Source of the DNA: Planctomycetia bacterium
GTDB lineage: Bacteria > Planctomycetota > Planctomycetia > Pirellulales > S012-138
Length of the DNA stretch: 64,000 nucleotides
Direction: 5' to 3'
Assembly: GCA_016177915.1 (NCBI GenBank)
Contig: JACOUI010000261.1
Span: forward strand, 4,924-68,923
Positions within the stretch are counted from its first letter, which is position 1; each line of letters opens with the position of its first letter. The translations under genes and the position numbers were made by a program. Shown in pieces: positions 62,041 through 64,000 of this stretch. The notes under the pieces were generated by a model, which worked only from the letters and a program-made list of their open reading frames with translations, was not told the DNA's origin and did not search any database.

Positions 62041-62269
62041 ATGTACAGCAAAGCACAAATCCTTGAGGAGATCAGGCGGACTGCTGTTGCCAACGGCGGC
62101 AAGCCCCTGGGGCGTGCTCGTTTTCAAGCCGAAACAGGCATCAAAGAGTCGGATTGGTCCGGACGCCGCTGCGCAGCTTGAAAAGCTGTTTGACGATGGC
62201 TGGCAGTTCGCGCTCCGCGACGACCCGCTCTTCCTGCCGCCGTTGGACCGCCAAGTGCTTCCCGGGTAG
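62041..62269 (+). pseudogene. mosaic of gene remnants (N-terminal fragment MYSKAQILEEIRRTAVANGG... joined to a truncated DUF885-like N-terminus)
   Basis: AAQLEKLFDDGWQFALRDDPLF (62165-62230) duplicates the N-terminus of the intact DUF885 gene at 63150-63215. Reading frames are broken and short. Confidence 0.4.
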
Positions 62270-62297
62270 TATGAGAGCCGTGCGAGAGAACCTACCC

Positions 62298-62528
62298 ATG
62301 AATTGGACCCGCATTACTGTCAACCCGAGCCAGATGGGCGGTGTGCCGTGCATTCGCGTCCTGCGGATTCCCGTGGCCACCGTCGTCGGCATGGTGGCGG
62401 AGGGAATGACCACCGACGAAATCCTGCGCGCCTATCCCGACCTGGTTATCGAAGACATCCGTGAAGCACTGGCCTACGCGGCCGAGGCGGTTCGGGAGCG
62501 TGAGCTGCCCCTGGTGACGGCGCCATGA
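62298..62528 (+). CDS. DUF433 antitoxin-like protein
   Basis: [56 protein letters not shown]. Confidence 0.8.
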   Translation: MNWTRITVNPSQMGGVPCIRVLRIPVATVVGMVAEGMTTDEILRAYPDLVIEDIREALAYAAEAVRERELPLVTAP

Positions 62529-62902
62529 AGTTCCTCGTCGACAACGCGCTGTCGCCGGCCGTGGCCGAGTTGCTTCGAAAGGCCGGCCACGACGCTGTTC
62601 ACGTCCGCGACTATGGTCTGGCCGCTGCCGACGATACGGTGATCTTTGAGCGTGCGGCGCAAGAGGACCGGGTCATTGTCTCCGCGGACACCGATTTCGG
62701 CACGCTGCTGGCCGTGCGGCAGGAGTCAAAACCCTCAGTGGTCCTCTTCCGCGGGGCAACGACGCGCCGACCTGACCGCCAGGCTGCGCTGCTGCTAGCA
62801 AACTTACCGGGCATCGAGGGGGCCTTGAAACAAGGGTCCGTGGTCGTGATCGAACCGCACCGCATTCGCGTCCGCCCGCTGCCCATCCTGCCCGGCCCCT
62901 GA
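62525..62902 (+). CDS. DUF5615 (Mut7-C/PIN-like) toxin-like protein
   Basis: ATGA overlap with the DUF433 gene. [32 protein letters not shown]...[14 protein letters not shown]. Confidence 0.8.
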   Translation: MKFLVDNALSPAVAELLRKAGHDAVHVRDYGLAAADDTVIFERAAQEDRVIVSADTDFGTLLAVRQESKPSVVLFRGATTRRPDRQAALLLANLPGIEGALKQGSVVVIEPHRIRVRPLPILPGP

Positions 62903-63051
62903 GGAATGATGGTTACTCCGTGTGCCGCCACATAGGGAGGGGGAGAGGGGGTGATGGAGCCGAGGAAGGACGGGTGTGCGTTGGGGTATTGAGGGGGGAG
63001 GAGGCTAGAGGCTGGAGACGACAGACATGAATGAAAAGGAGTTGACCTTCG

Positions 63052-64000
63052 CATGATGACGTGTCGCAGCAATGTCCTCCGGTCGGTTTGCGCCCTTGTT
63101 GTTGCAGTCGGGTCTCTTATGTCCGCACCCCTCCCCGCCCAAGATGCCGCCGCGCAGCTTCAAAAGCTGTTTGACGACTCGTGGCAGTTCGCGATGCGCG
63201 AAGACCCGCTCTTTGCCACGCACACCGGCGACGCGCGGTACAACGACCTCTTGCCCAGCGAGAGCGCGGCCGACGAGCTGCGCAGGACGGAGAAGGCGCG
63301 GGAGTTCTTGAAGCGGCTCAAGGCCATCGACCGGGCCGCCCTGCCGCCGGGCGACCAGGTGAACTACGACGTCTTCGGCTGGCTGGCCGAGAGCAATATC
63401 GCCGAGTCGGAGTTTCAGACCTACTTGATGCCGATCACGAACCGCTCGGGCTTTCACGTCCAGTTTGCGGAACTGTATCGCGACGTGCCGCTGCGGACCG
63501 TGAAAGACTACGAGAATTACATCGCCCGGCTGCGCGGCTTTAAGAAGTACGCCGAGCAGCACGCCGCGCTGCTGCGCGAGGGGATCAAGCAGAAGATGGT
63601 GCTGCCGGCGGTGGTGCTGGTGGGCATCGAGGAATCCGTCGAGGCGCACATTGTCGACGATCCGGAGAAGAGCGTCCTTTACAAGGCCTTCGCCGATTTT
63701 CCGGACACGTTTTCCAAGGAAGACTGCCAGCGGCTGCGCGACGAGGGGAAGAAGGCGATCGCCGAGTCGATTGTGCCCGGCTATCGCGAGTTCCTGGCGT
63801 TCTTGACCAAGGAGTACCTTCCGGCGGCGCGGGACGACATTTCGGCCTCGACGCTCCCCCGCGGCCGCGAGTTTTACCGCCACCGCGTGCGGCGGTTCAC
63901 GACGCTCGACATCTCGCCGGAGGAAGTCCACGAGATCGGCATGCGGGAGGTGAAGCGCATCCGGGCGGAGATGGACGAGGTCCGCAAGAAGGCGAAGTTC
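63052..64000 (+). CDS. DUF885-family protein with signal peptide (partial, continues beyond window end)
   Basis: My own translation from ATG 63052 (SD AAAAGGAG): MMTCRSNVLRSVCALVVAVGSLMSAPLPAQDAAAQLQKLFDDSWQFAMREDPLFATHTGDARYND... Open to the window end, so absent from the ORF track. Confidence 0.8.

Overview
High-GC bacterial chromosome segment made mostly of horizontally acquired DNA. An identical 44-bp direct repeat, equal to the 3' part of a tRNA-Pro(UGG) gene, sits at 7303-7346 and 56789-56832. It brackets a ~49.5-kb integrative, plasmid-like element. The element has a tyrosine integrase and Xis-like HTH at the left end, a CHC2-Toprim primase and DUF932. It also carries ParA, an RHH protein, 4 iterons, RepA, two replication-relaxation paralogues and a TraD/VirD4-like coupling ATPase. 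Its defence-type cargo includes an orphan phage-type Dam methylase, a DinG-like helicase fused to a PD-(D/E)xK-like domain, and a PHP + Rad50/SMC-like ATPase. A complete type I R-M (hsdR-hsdM-hsdS) is followed by a GHKL ATPase gene. Left of 7303 is the distal part of what looks like a second island: a type III-like R-M (res start, beta-class mod), a SIR2-like protein, a highly structured non-coding region and two unknown genes. Right of 56832 is ordinary chromosome: DegT aminotransferase, a sulfatase-like protein, ggt, a DUF433/DUF5615 TA pair inside a small duplicated/rearranged patch, and DUF885. Best candidate for an undescribed system is the isolated transcription unit at 31.4-38.4 kb. It encodes two paralogous proteins each with two anti-sigma-type HxxxCxxC motifs, an RRM-like protein, a 1233-aa protein with a Lon-like Ser/Lys signature, and an AAA ATPase. 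No sigma factor gene is nearby. Second candidate is an element-borne FIST/GAF histidine kinase -> REC-HATPase -> sigma-54 enhancer-binding protein operon. It lies convergent to a near-consensus sigma-54 promoter that drives a small membrane protein. All functional calls come from reading motifs by eye; no database search was possible.
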